The notes: generated from the sequence alone by a model not told the origin. A DNA stretch of 45,287 nucleotides from Patescibacteria group bacterium (GCA_043802665.1 JAZDKW010000015.1:1-45287); one strand, 5' to 3'. Positions 1-7,799 are shown, numbered from the stretch's first letter. Program-made: numbers and translations.

Positions 1-1
1 C

Positions 2-277
2 GCTGTTAATATGCCAATCCAGGGCACAGCCGCGGATATTATGAAGTCCGCTATGATTGAGGTCGCCAAAAATCTGCCTCGGGTTAGCCCCAAAACCAGA
101 ATGCTTCTGCAGGTTCACGACGAGTTGGTGTTAGAAGTGCCCACCAAAGAAGCGAAAAAAGTCGCGAAATTGGTTAAAACTGCGATGGAGAATGTTTATA
201 AATTAGACGTGCCGATCATCGCCAATGTCGCCGCCGGCCCCTCCTGGGGCACCACCACCCCCATCAAAATTAATTAA
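2..277 (+). CDS. polA: DNA polymerase I, C-terminal end (5' partial)
   Basis: Open frame from window edge; AVNMPIQGTAADIMK and motif C LLQVHDELVLEV of family A polymerases. Confidence 0.96.
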   Translation, partial: AVNMPIQGTAADIMKSAMIEVAKNLPRVSPKTRMLLQVHDELVLEVPTKEAKKVAKLVKTAMENVYKLDVPIIANVAAGPSWGTTTPIKIN

Positions 278-284
278 AAATAAT

Positions 285-318
285 GAACGGCTCAACGGGG
301 TGAGCCGTTGAGCCGTTC
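285..318. repeat. AACGGCTCAAC palindromic repeat, copy 1
   Basis: 14-bp stem GAACGGCTCAACGG/CCGTTGAGCCGTTC, 6-nt loop; related copies at 2631, 5531, 44195, 45010. Confidence 0.9.
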
Positions 319-333
319 GACTATTGGGTAGAT

Positions 334-355
334 AAAAACCCGCGAATAGCGGGTT
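334..355 (-). terminator. Intrinsic terminator for 383..913 (possibly bidirectional with polA)
   Basis: AACCCGC-N5-GCGGGTT followed by T run on minus strand. Confidence 0.75.
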
Positions 356-382
356 CTAATAAGGTGCATTTTGCAATTGTGG

Positions 383-913
383 TTAAGTTTTGTTCTGCTC
401 CCCTTTCTTGGCGTGCTGATAAATCTTATACATAAGGTCTTCTACCTCTTGCTCTTCCTTCACGTCGCGAAGGATCTCCTTCTCCTCTGCAGGCGAAAGA
501 TCGAAAGCATGTCCCCAAACTGGAGACAAGTTACCCCCGAACTCTGCTTCGCCTAAGATGCTCGCCAACAACCAGAGCGAGGCAATATCGTCAACAAGGG
601 CGCCGATCTGCTTAGCTGTGACTATCTTCTCTTGATAGGCACAGACTAAGCCTAATCGAGCGATCTCTCTCATTTTCTTAGGAGAGATTTTGAATTTCCC
701 TGCCTCGAGGCGATTGTGGGCGGCATCAAAGGCATGCCTCTCGCTATTTTCCAGGAAATAGTGTCTTTCGTTGCACCACTTTGATCCGCTGGCCAACGCA
801 TCTTCGATTTGTTGGACAACCTCGATTGCCTCCTTCTTAGGCAATGCAGGCAAAATATGCTTAAAAATAGTCGTGGGTGGGATTAAATCCGGTTCCACTT
901 CTGGTTCTGGCAT
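383..913 (-). CDS. Hypothetical protein (176 aa)
   Basis: ORF with AAGGAGGA SD at 921-928, promoter upstream, terminator downstream; no recognised family. Confidence 0.8.
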   Translation of the reverse strand: MPEPEVEPDLIPPTTIFKHILPALPKKEAIEVVQQIEDALASGSKWCNERHYFLENSERHAFDAAHNRLEAGKFKISPKKMREIARLGLVCAYQEKIVTAKQIGALVDDIASLWLLASILGEAEFGGNLSPVWGHAFDLSPAEEKEILRDVKEEQEVEDLMYKIYQHAKKGEQNKT

Positions 914-948
914 TATTTCTTCCTCCTTTTTGATTTGTCAATTTACTT

Positions 949-977
949 ACATTACCAGTTTTATTATACCCTGTCAA
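949..977 (-). promoter_or_regulatory. sigma70-type promoter
   Basis: TTGACA (977-972)-N17-TAATGT (954-949). Confidence 0.7.
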
Positions 978-1019
978 TGATTTTCCCCTCCGGGCCAAAG
1001 GCCCACCGGGCCGGAGGCC

Positions 1020-1037
1020 GCCCCCAGAGCTGGTTTT
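1020..1037. repeat. 18-bp direct repeat GCCCCCAGAGCTGGTTTT, copy 1
   Basis: Identical to 1581-1598; variant in reverse orientation at 44239-44253. Confidence 0.9.
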
Positions 1038-1077
1038 CCAACAAATGAAAAACCCGCCTTAGATGGGGTGGCAGGTT

Positions 1078-1494
1078 TCATTTGGATAGATAGGTGCATA
1101 ATAGGGATAGCGCCTCCGGGTTATGAGCCAATTGAGCGAGCTGTTCGCCAGACACCTCATGGGCGTCAAACGCTCTCTTGATTTGGCTTCCCCAGGTGAT
1201 TATATACGCGGAATGGGGAGATCCTCCCGAAAGAATACTAAACCTAAACATTGACTGAGGAACATCAACAACAATCACCCTCGCGTCATGATCAGATATA
1301 AAGATTCTGTCCGGATCAACCCCATAGAGTTGGTGAAAAGCTTTGATAGCATTTAGCAATGAGATTCTAAGAGAAACCCATTCGACGCTACTTAAACTTT
1401 CCAACAAAGCAGATATTGTTGTGGCATCCATTTTCTGCCCTATTGGCTCACCATTAACACAGACGAACCCATACATAGCGTTCAGTGGTATCAT
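1078..1494 (-). CDS. Hypothetical protein (138 aa)
   Basis: GGAGG SD, TTGACT-N17-AAGAAT promoter (1572-1544), weak terminator-like hairpin 1048-1069. Confidence 0.75.
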   Translation of the reverse strand: MIPLNAMYGFVCVNGEPIGQKMDATTISALLESLSSVEWVSLRISLLNAIKAFHQLYGVDPDRIFISDHDARVIVVDVPQSMFRFSILSGGSPHSAYIITWGSQIKRAFDAHEVSGEQLAQLAHNPEALSLLCTYLSK

Positions 1495-1580
1495 CCGTCG
1501 CCTCCATCAGCTCGTTCTATCTGAAAAAGTTGTCAATGTTGTTATTCTTTCATAATATTTAAAGATAGTCAAGTTTTGTT

Positions 1581-1598
1581 GCCCCCAGAGCTGGTTTT
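1581..1598. repeat. 18-bp direct repeat GCCCCCAGAGCTGGTTTT, copy 2
   Basis: Identical to 1020-1037. Confidence 0.9.
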
Positions 1599-1631
1599 TC
1601 CCCTGTGGCTATTGGGGTGTAAAATGAGGCT

Positions 1632-2492
1632 ATGCCAGAGTTACCAGAAGTAGAAACGATTGTGGGTGAGTTAAAAAGAGGCCTTGCCGGGGCGACTATT
1701 TTGGATGCCACTTTTTCTCGCCCCAAGCTGATTAAAAATATCTCCTATCCCACCTTCAGAAAAACTATCAAAGGGAAAACAATCCAAAAAATTGAGCGGA
1801 GGGCAAAATACATTCTTATTCATCTTTCTGGAAATAAAACTCTAATTCTCCATCTGGGAATGACCGGGCGGCTCCTCTTACACCCCCAAAAAGAGAAGGG
1901 ACAAGTAGTTAATCTCAAAACCAAGAAGAAAGAGCCGGATCGCTTTATCCGGGGACAATTTTTCTTAAATAAGGATAGGGTTTTGGATTTCTCCGATCTG
2001 CGGCTTTTCGGCAGAGTTTATCTGGTTGATACTAAAACGCTCCTTCAAAAAAAGCCAATCAAAAAATTAGGGGTTGACCCGCTCTCTAAAAACTTCACCT
2101 ATTCCCTCTTTACCGACCAACTCGCAAAAAGAAGAGGAAAAGTTAAAACTATTCTGATGAATCAAACTTTTTTGGCCGGAATTGGGAACATCTACAGCGA
2201 CGAGATTTTATTTGAAGCTAAAATCCACCCCCTTTCCCCCGTCCAAAAGTTAAAGCCTTCTCAAGTTAAGACACTTTACGCGGCCATCAAAAAAATCCTC
2301 AAAAAAGGGGTTAGGTATCGCGGGACTTCGGATTCCGACTATTTTGACCTCCAAGGAGAGACCGGAAACTTCCAAAAACATCTCAAGGTTTATGGCAAAA
2401 CCGGCCAACCTTGTTTCCGCTGTCCCGGAAAAGTGGAACGCCTAAAAGTCGGTGGCCGCAGTGCCCACTTCTGTTCAATGTGTCAACATTGA
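1632..2492 (+). CDS. mutM: Formamidopyrimidine-DNA glycosylase (Fpg)
   Basis: N-terminal PELPEVE, HLGMTG, H2TH GIGNIYSDE, C-terminal CxxC...CxxC zinc finger. Confidence 0.97.
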   Translation: MPELPEVETIVGELKRGLAGATILDATFSRPKLIKNISYPTFRKTIKGKTIQKIERRAKYILIHLSGNKTLILHLGMTGRLLLHPQKEKGQVVNLKTKKKEPDRFIRGQFFLNKDRVLDFSDLRLFGRVYLVDTKTLLQKKPIKKLGVDPLSKNFTYSLFTDQLAKRRGKVKTILMNQTFLAGIGNIYSDEILFEAKIHPLSPVQKLKPSQVKTLYAAIKKILKKGVRYRGTSDSDYFDLQGETGNFQKHLKVYGKTGQPCFRCPGKVERLKVGGRSAHFCSMCQH

Positions 2493-2680
2493 CCCCGAGC
2501 TAGTCGAAGGGCCATTTTTGCCCCCTCTGCCAGTCTTCGCTACATTCGTAGCTTCGCCTGGTTTCACCAAAAATAACCCCTCCCATACCTCCCCTTAATA
2601 AAGGGGAGGAGAGGTGGGGATGTGTTTCTCAACGGCTCAACCCGCTGAGCCGTTTAAAAATATCTCTGGGCTGGTTTTGG
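2493..2680. repeat. Cluster of short palindromic repeats
   Basis: CCGAGCTAGTCGAAGG (2495-2510), CCTCCCCTT-N4-AAGGGGAGG (2588-2609), AACGGCTCA-N6-TGAGCCGTT (2631-2654), GGGCTGGTTTT variant near 2668-2678. Confidence 0.75.
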
Positions 2681-2686
2681 AGAACG

Positions 2687-2713
2687 AAAAAGCCCCCGCT
2701 AAACAGCAGGGGC
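2687..2713 (-). terminator. Intrinsic terminator
   Basis: GCCCCTGCT-GTTT-AGCGGGGGC then TTTTT on minus strand. Confidence 0.75.
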
Positions 2714-2829
2714 ATTGAAAGATTATTTCTAAAAAAGTTCATTCGAAGTCAGGTTTTTGCCCATAAGTAATGGCCAGCGGAATCGAACTTGAACAAACAC
2801 ATGTTGTAGTTAGGCAACAACCACTGCTG

Positions 2830-3405
2830 TCAATATTCTTCTCTCCTTCTCTCATCTTCTCTTCTCTCGTCATCTCTTCTATCGTCGTCTCTCCTTCTCT
2901 CATCTTCTTTTCTCTCATCTTCTCTTCTTTCTTCATCTCTTCTTCTCTCGTCATCTTCTCTCCTCTCGTCATCTCTTCTCTCGTCGTCTCTCCTCCAGCC
3001 TTCTCTCATCTCTTCATCTCTTCTCTCATCTTCTCTCGTCTGGTATTCTATTCTCTCGTATTCTCTTCTCTCCTCTTCTTCCTCTCGTATTCTCTCATCG
3101 TCTCTCCTCTTCTTCCTCTTATCTTCTCCCGTCCAGTATTCTCTTCTCTCGTCTTCTTCGTCTCCTTCCTCTCGTATTCTTCGTCTCCTTCTCTCGTCTT
3201 CTTCCTCTTTATCCTCTCGTCTTCTCTTCTCTTGTTGTTCTCTCCGGTATGCTAATTCACCATTCAAAGCGTTTGACTCTATCAAGACTGCCCCAATAAT
3301 AATGAGAACAATAACGAGAAAAATAGGGAGAATTGGAATATCTGCGCGAAAAGTTATGGTCAGCAAGAGTGCAGCGATCATCAGAAAAAAGAATATCTGT
3401 CGCAT
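2830..3405 (-). CDS. Membrane-anchored protein with R/E/D low-complexity tail
   Basis: AGGAGGT SD and promoter upstream; two hydrophobic N-terminal segments then about 135 aa dominated by R, E, D (DERR repeats). Confidence 0.7.
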   Translation of the reverse strand: MRQIFFFLMIAALLLTITFRADIPILPIFLVIVLIIIGAVLIESNALNGELAYRREQQEKRRREDKEEEDERRRRRIREEGDEEDERREYWTGEDKRKKRRDDERIREEEEERREYERIEYQTREDERRDEEMREGWRRDDERRDDERREDDERRRDEERREDERKEDERRRDDDRRDDERREDERRREEY

Positions 3406-3543
3406 TTTAGCGACCTCCTTTTTGGGATTAGTTGGGTTGGATTGTCAAGGTGCCTTTCTGCCCCTATTTATATCAAGCCATTGTTGGCGATTATAGGTGG
3501 CAATCAAGTCAGCTATATTATGGCATATGGAGGAGTTTGTCAA
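3406..3543 (-). promoter_or_regulatory. Duplicated promoter/leader module, copy A
   Basis: TTGACA (3543-3538)-N17-TAATAT (3520-3515), leader hairpin, GCACCTTGACAA, AAGGAGGT; 27-bp and 20-bp blocks identical to 5343-5468. Confidence 0.85.
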
Positions 3544-3708
3544 TGGAACCCTTAGCCACCATTGCCGTCTTAGCGCACCAGTCTACGCTATAGCGTATAC
3601 TCATGCGTTCTGGTTTCAAACCAGCCATTGGAGCCTGAGCGTTTTTTCTATCCCTACTCCGGCCATTGGAGGAGAGGCGTCAATGAAATGAGTTCAGGGC
3701 GTGACACG

Positions 3709-3737
3709 AAAAAACCCCTTGAATCTCAAGGGGTTTT
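3709..3737 (-). terminator. Intrinsic terminator
   Basis: AAAACCCCTTGA-N3-TCAAGGGGTTTT inverted repeat with T tract. Confidence 0.85.
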
Positions 3738-3760
3738 GAAATATTATCCGAAAAGGTTCA

Positions 3761-4348
3761 TCAAAGGACGGGAACGACCGGAACACAACTCTGCGCCGTA
3801 TGATTGAAATACATGGCCCAGTTGTTGCCTGGGAAAGGATAACCCTTGCCCCAAGCTGTCTCTTCCTGAACCACTTCATGCTGAGACACCGCAGTACTTT
3901 CGCCCAGCCTCCAAACCTTCGCATGGGCCGCGACATAAAGCATTGTACCATCAGACCAAAGGCTCCGGTCAATCCAGCTGTCGATGGTGTAAGCGAATTG
4001 CCCGACTTTCGGATTCCCCGTCTTGGTTTGGGGAATACCTTCCAGGGAATCAGACACGGCAACGTGCGTTTCTACTAATACCCAAGGTGCCCATGTTGTA
4101 TACTCAACATAGACAAACTGAGCATCGTTCGTGACAATGACCCTGCCGATAATCATGTTCTGACCGGCAATGAGAGGTGTCGTGGTTGCCTTACCGCAAT
4201 AAACTGGCGGGAGATAAGAAAGATCCCTTACCTCCGATCCGGACGCTATGGTAGGCATCACAGGACTGACCGCGTTGTCTTTGCCAGCGCATGAAATTAT
4301 GGCAAGCAAAAGCATAGTGATCATCAGAGAAGAAAGTATCTGTCGCAT
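3761..4348 (-). CDS. Putative lipoprotein with uncharacterised beta-rich domain
   Basis: Signal peptide ending AIIS-C; motifs LIAGQ, ETHV, GNPKVGQF, AAHAKV, ETAWG, NNWAMYF; AGGAGGT SD. Confidence 0.8.
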   Translation of the reverse strand: MRQILSSLMITMLLLAIISCAGKDNAVSPVMPTIASGSEVRDLSYLPPVYCGKATTTPLIAGQNMIIGRVIVTNDAQFVYVEYTTWAPWVLVETHVAVSDSLEGIPQTKTGNPKVGQFAYTIDSWIDRSLWSDGTMLYVAAHAKVWRLGESTAVSQHEVVQEETAWGKGYPFPGNNWAMYFNHTAQSCVPVVPVL

Positions 4349-4433
4349 TTTGGCGACCTCCTTTTGGAATTGTAGTTGATTCTATGTCAACAGGTGGAGA
4401 TTAGTATCTCTATCCTGAATTGATGGGATTCGG

Positions 4434-5342
4434 TCATCTTATTAGTCTTCTCAGCTCTTCCCAAGCTTGAAACCCTTCTTCAGTTGCTTGTGAAAGAGGG
4501 GTTTGTTTCAAAAGTTTTTCCGCATCGTACTTGATCTCACTATAAGGATCTTCGATGCTTGCTATCAGCTCCTCCAATTCCCTCTTTCCTCTTTCATGGA
4601 AGTTTTTAGAGTGAAAAAGAGCAGTGCCAACAAGAAATCTTAGCTTATCTCTGTCCAATTTCCTATCTGTGCTTACTTCATTTGCTCTTGCGTTGTAGTT
4701 CAATTTAAGCCAGAAAGGTTCATAATCACTGTACATTTTTAATTGCGTTTCCGCGCCGGACAAGAATAAATAACTTGAAATATCTGGCTCTAGTCCTTGT
4801 TCAGATAGAATTTCAAGAGTGCCTTCAGAGGTTAAATTTTCTATTTCACTAGCCGTGGGAATCTTAGGAATTGTCCATAACTCAGAATGATAAGAATCTA
4901 AATATCTTTCAAGCAAAACATCGTAATCTTGGACAAGTTCCCTTGCAGTGTTTTCAGATCTATCAGATAGTTCTCTGACTTGTTGCATATGGGCATCAGC
5001 TTCGCTAAAATATCTCCTTTGAAATTCTTCTGATTGATACTGTCCCATCTCAGCAAGTTTTTCAGTAGCGGCTTGAACTTCTGCTGTGGCTTGCTGAGCT
5101 TCCCATCTGTATAAAGTTGAATCCAAATTAAATGCTCTTACTGCCGCTTCAGCCGCAAGCGGAGAATCAGGGAAGTCACTGATAATCATTCTGTACCAGT
5201 TCCTTGCGTCTTCAAACTCCGCATTTAGATGGTGTTTTTCTGCTGTTTGAAAAGGGCGTTCCGCTTCATCCTGAGCACAAACAATGACGGAGTAAAAACT
5301 TATAAGTACAATGGTGATCAGAAAAGAAAGTAGCTGTCGCAT
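4434..5342 (-). CDS. Secreted TPR-like helical protein
   Basis: Signal peptide ending VCA-Q; YRMIISDFPDSPLAAEA resembles the BamD/CpoB-type TPR motif; AGGAGGT SD. Confidence 0.75.
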   Translation of the reverse strand: MRQLLSFLITIVLISFYSVIVCAQDEAERPFQTAEKHHLNAEFEDARNWYRMIISDFPDSPLAAEAAVRAFNLDSTLYRWEAQQATAEVQAATEKLAEMGQYQSEEFQRRYFSEADAHMQQVRELSDRSENTARELVQDYDVLLERYLDSYHSELWTIPKIPTASEIENLTSEGTLEILSEQGLEPDISSYLFLSGAETQLKMYSDYEPFWLKLNYNARANEVSTDRKLDRDKLRFLVGTALFHSKNFHERGKRELEELIASIEDPYSEIKYDAEKLLKQTPLSQATEEGFQAWEELRRLIR

Positions 5343-5468
5343 TGTTTGCGACCTCCTTTAGGATAGATTTTCAAGGGGCAACCTGCCCCTATTTATATCA
5401 AGCCATTGTAGGCAATTATAGGTGGCAGTATAGTCAATTATATTATGGCATATGGAGGGGTTTGTCAA
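5343..5468 (-). promoter_or_regulatory. Duplicated promoter/leader module, copy B
   Basis: TTGACA (5468-5463)-N17-TAATAT (5445-5440); homologous to 3406-3543. Confidence 0.85.
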
Positions 5469-5470
5469 AG

Positions 5471-5519
5471 GAGAATTCTATACTCCCACCTCCCCCAGCC
5501 CCTCCTCGGGCAGGAGGGG
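5471..5519 (-). repeat. CCCCTCCTGCC-GAGGAGGGG hairpin repeat
   Basis: Reverse complement nearly identical to 43080-43127. Confidence 0.85.
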
Positions 5520-5530
5520 AATTTCTACCC

Positions 5531-5562
5531 AACGGCTCAACGGGGCGAGCCGTTGAGCCGTT
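5531..5562. repeat. AACGGCTCAAC palindromic repeat, copy 3
   Basis: 13-bp stem AACGGCTCAACGG/CCGTTGAGCCGTT; nearly identical to 285-318. Confidence 0.9.
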
Positions 5563-5571
5563 CGCTTATTT

Positions 5572-5607
5572 AATTACGTAAGGAATTACGTAATTCCTTA
5601 CGTAATT
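5572..5607. repeat. Perfect 36-bp palindrome
   Basis: AATTACGTAAGGAATTACGTAATTCCTTACGTAATT equals its own reverse complement; abuts the recF stop. Confidence 0.9.
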
Positions 5608-6708
5608 CTAAATACCAACGGCCTGTAATTGAGTAGCCCCACCTGCTTTAACTTTAACAATAGTGGCTGTAGGGGTGATGAATCTTTCGTCTGTGGTGGT
5701 ATAGATAGTCTGCCCTGCGCTTAAAAACTTTATCAAAGCCTGGGATTTGTGGGCGTCCAACTCTGAAAATACATCATCCATCAAATAAACCGGGGTTTCA
5801 TTAAACCTCTGCTGGATATATTCTCCTTCAGCTAACTTAAGAGCCAGCACCATCAGGCGGAACTCTCCTTGAGAGGCGGTATTCCGGGCATCCCATCCGT
5901 TTAGGAGAAACATTAAGTCGTCACGGTGCGGACCAAAATTAGTGTGCCCCGATTTAATATCAATCGGTCTGATTTGCACTAATTTTTCCTTATACACCAC
6001 TGGGTCAGTAAATTTAGGTTCCGCCGCATAAATTATGCTAAAATCTTTATTACTTTCGGCAAGAGTATGAAAAAACGGTTTGAGTTTTTGGTTTAACTGC
6101 TCCACCAACTCCAACCGCGCCTGGATGATTCGGCTCCCCAGTTCGGACAATTTAGCATCCCACGCATCGATCTCGATGTAATCCTCCCGCCCTATTTTGG
6201 CTAAAAATAACAATTGGTTGCGTTGCTTTAGAGTTTTGGTGTAATCCAAGAGGTCGGCATGGTAAGCCTTATTGGTGCGGGAGATCAGACTATCTAAAAA
6301 TCCGCGGCGCTGAGCCGGCATAAGCCGCAGTAAACTTACATCATCTGGTGAAAAAATTACCGAGAGTAGTTGCCCCAGTATTTGTTTGCGGGAAACTTTA
6401 GCTCCATTCAGTTTAAATTGTCGTTGAATCGTCTCTTCTCCTCTCTCCCAAACTGCCTCCAAACTGCCTTCGCGGCCATCACTATAAACAAAATTGCTTT
6501 TAATGCAACTAAATAATTCGCCCTGGGTGATTAACCATTCCTCGCGATGAGTTTTGAAAGACGACCCTGCCGACAAATAATAAAGTGCTTCCAAGATATT
6601 GGTTTTACCTTGGGCGTTATCACCAATAATAAAATTAGTGGCACTAAAATTTAGACCGGCCTGGGACAGGTTGCGGAAATTAGTTAACTCAGCCGAAAGA
6701 AGCTTCAT
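5608..6708 (-). CDS. recF: DNA replication/repair protein RecF
   Basis: FRNL, Walker A GDNAQGKTN, GPHRDDL, ASQGE, LMDDVFSELD; follows dnaN. Confidence 0.96.
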   Translation of the reverse strand: MKLLSAELTNFRNLSQAGLNFSATNFIIGDNAQGKTNILEALYYLSAGSSFKTHREEWLITQGELFSCIKSNFVYSDGREGSLEAVWERGEETIQRQFKLNGAKVSRKQILGQLLSVIFSPDDVSLLRLMPAQRRGFLDSLISRTNKAYHADLLDYTKTLKQRNQLLFLAKIGREDYIEIDAWDAKLSELGSRIIQARLELVEQLNQKLKPFFHTLAESNKDFSIIYAAEPKFTDPVVYKEKLVQIRPIDIKSGHTNFGPHRDDLMFLLNGWDARNTASQGEFRLMVLALKLAEGEYIQQRFNETPVYLMDDVFSELDAHKSQALIKFLSAGQTIYTTTDERFITPTATIVKVKAGGATQLQAVGI

Positions 6709-6710
6709 AA

Positions 6711-7799
6711 TTAGCTCCGGAGGGGCATAATGATATACATAATGCCCGAGCCATTTTCTGGCCGAATTACTCCAGGATTAAGTTTGCCGATCATTTCTAA
6801 AGTTACCCTCGCGCTATCCACCCCGTTTAAAGCATCAAGGAGGTATTTAGCGTTAAAGCTGATTTCATTTTCTTCCCCCGTCACCTCGCAAGGAATTTGA
6901 GATTTAAAGTTGCCCAACTGGGAAGAAGTAGCCTCTACTAAAATATGGTCTTTGTGAAAAGTGAATTTAACATTATTGGCATTCTCTCGGGCGAACAAGC
7001 TGGCAGTTTTGATGGTGGTAGCCAACTCTCCTGTTGCTACGCTGGTTTTAGTTTTAAAACTCTTTGGGATAATTTGTTCATAATTAGGATACTCCCCTTC
7101 AATAATCCGTGAGGTAATATCCATATCAGGGAGGAGGAACATCACTTGGTTTTCAGAGGCGACAATCTTTACTTTTTCTAATCCAGTGAGAATCCGATAA
7201 AGTTCGTGAATGGTTTTAGCCGGCACAATAAAGGTAGCTTCTTGGGCGGACGGCAAAGAAATAGTTTTCTCGGCTAAACGATAACTATCTGTCGCTACTA
7301 ATTTAAGTGTGCCTTGGTTGATGATAAAATATACCCCCGTCAGTACTGGGCGCGATTCGTCATAAGAAGCTGAGAAAACTACTTGGTTGATGGCGCTTTT
7401 TAACACATTGCCGCCTATCTCTAAAATATCCCGGCCTACTACCTTGGGAATAATTGGAAAATCGTCAGCGGGCATTCCATTAATATTGGCTTCGCTTTTT
7501 TCGGTTTGGGCAAACAATACTCCATTGGTGGTCTGTAGGGAAATCTTCTCTTCGCTTAGGCTACTTACAAAATTGCTTAATACCCGCCCCGGAACCGTGA
7601 TGCTACCTATTTCTTCGATTTTGCCTCCCAAATAATAATTCACTCCTATTTCCAAGTCGGTAGCCGATAAGACTACTTGATTTTCTTCAGTTTTAATTAA
7701 GACATTATTTAAAATCGGCAGAGTATTTTTGCTCGCGACAATACGATCAACCGAATTTAATCCTTTTTTAAATTTCTCCACTAAGACAGATATCCTCAT
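6711..7799 (-). CDS. dnaN: DNA polymerase III beta clamp
   Basis: ATDLEIG, SRPVLTGV, VATDSYRLA, YPNYEQIIP, C-terminal IMPLR. Confidence 0.97.
   Translation of the reverse strand: MRISVLVEKFKKGLNSVDRIVASKNTLPILNNVLIKTEENQVVLSATDLEIGVNYYLGGKIEEIGSITVPGRVLSNFVSSLSEEKISLQTTNGVLFAQTEKSEANINGMPADDFPIIPKVVGRDILEIGGNVLKSAINQVVFSASYDESRPVLTGVYFIINQGTLKLVATDSYRLAEKTISLPSAQEATFIVPAKTIHELYRILTGLEKVKIVASENQVMFLLPDMDITSRIIEGEYPNYEQIIPKSFKTKTSVATGELATTIKTASLFARENANNVKFTFHKDHILVEATSSQLGNFKSQIPCEVTGEENEISFNAKYLLDALNGVDSARVTLEMIGKLNPGVIRPENGSGIMYIIMPLRS

Noticed and set aside
2749-2832. TGA recoding (genetic code 25 or 4) to extend the R/E/D protein
   Set aside because: Conserved genes such as mutM and rsmI-adjacent Nramp end at TGA where expected, and core genes show no internal TGA.
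2770-3255. 161-aa S/L/F/I-rich plus-strand ORF and the 2739..2972 alternate-frame ORF
   Set aside because: Shadows of the stop-poor low-complexity tract; only 2830..3405 has an SD and promoter.
3480-3500. Purine riboswitch in the MRQ leader (UAUAAUCGC start)
   Set aside because: The rest of the core (GAUAUGG, UUUCUACC, CCGUAAA) is absent.
285-5562. CRISPR array or integron attC interpretation of the palindromes
   Set aside because: No regular repeat-spacer periodicity, no cas or integrase gene, no RYYYAAC/GTTRRRY attC ends recognised, and the cassettes carry their own promoters.
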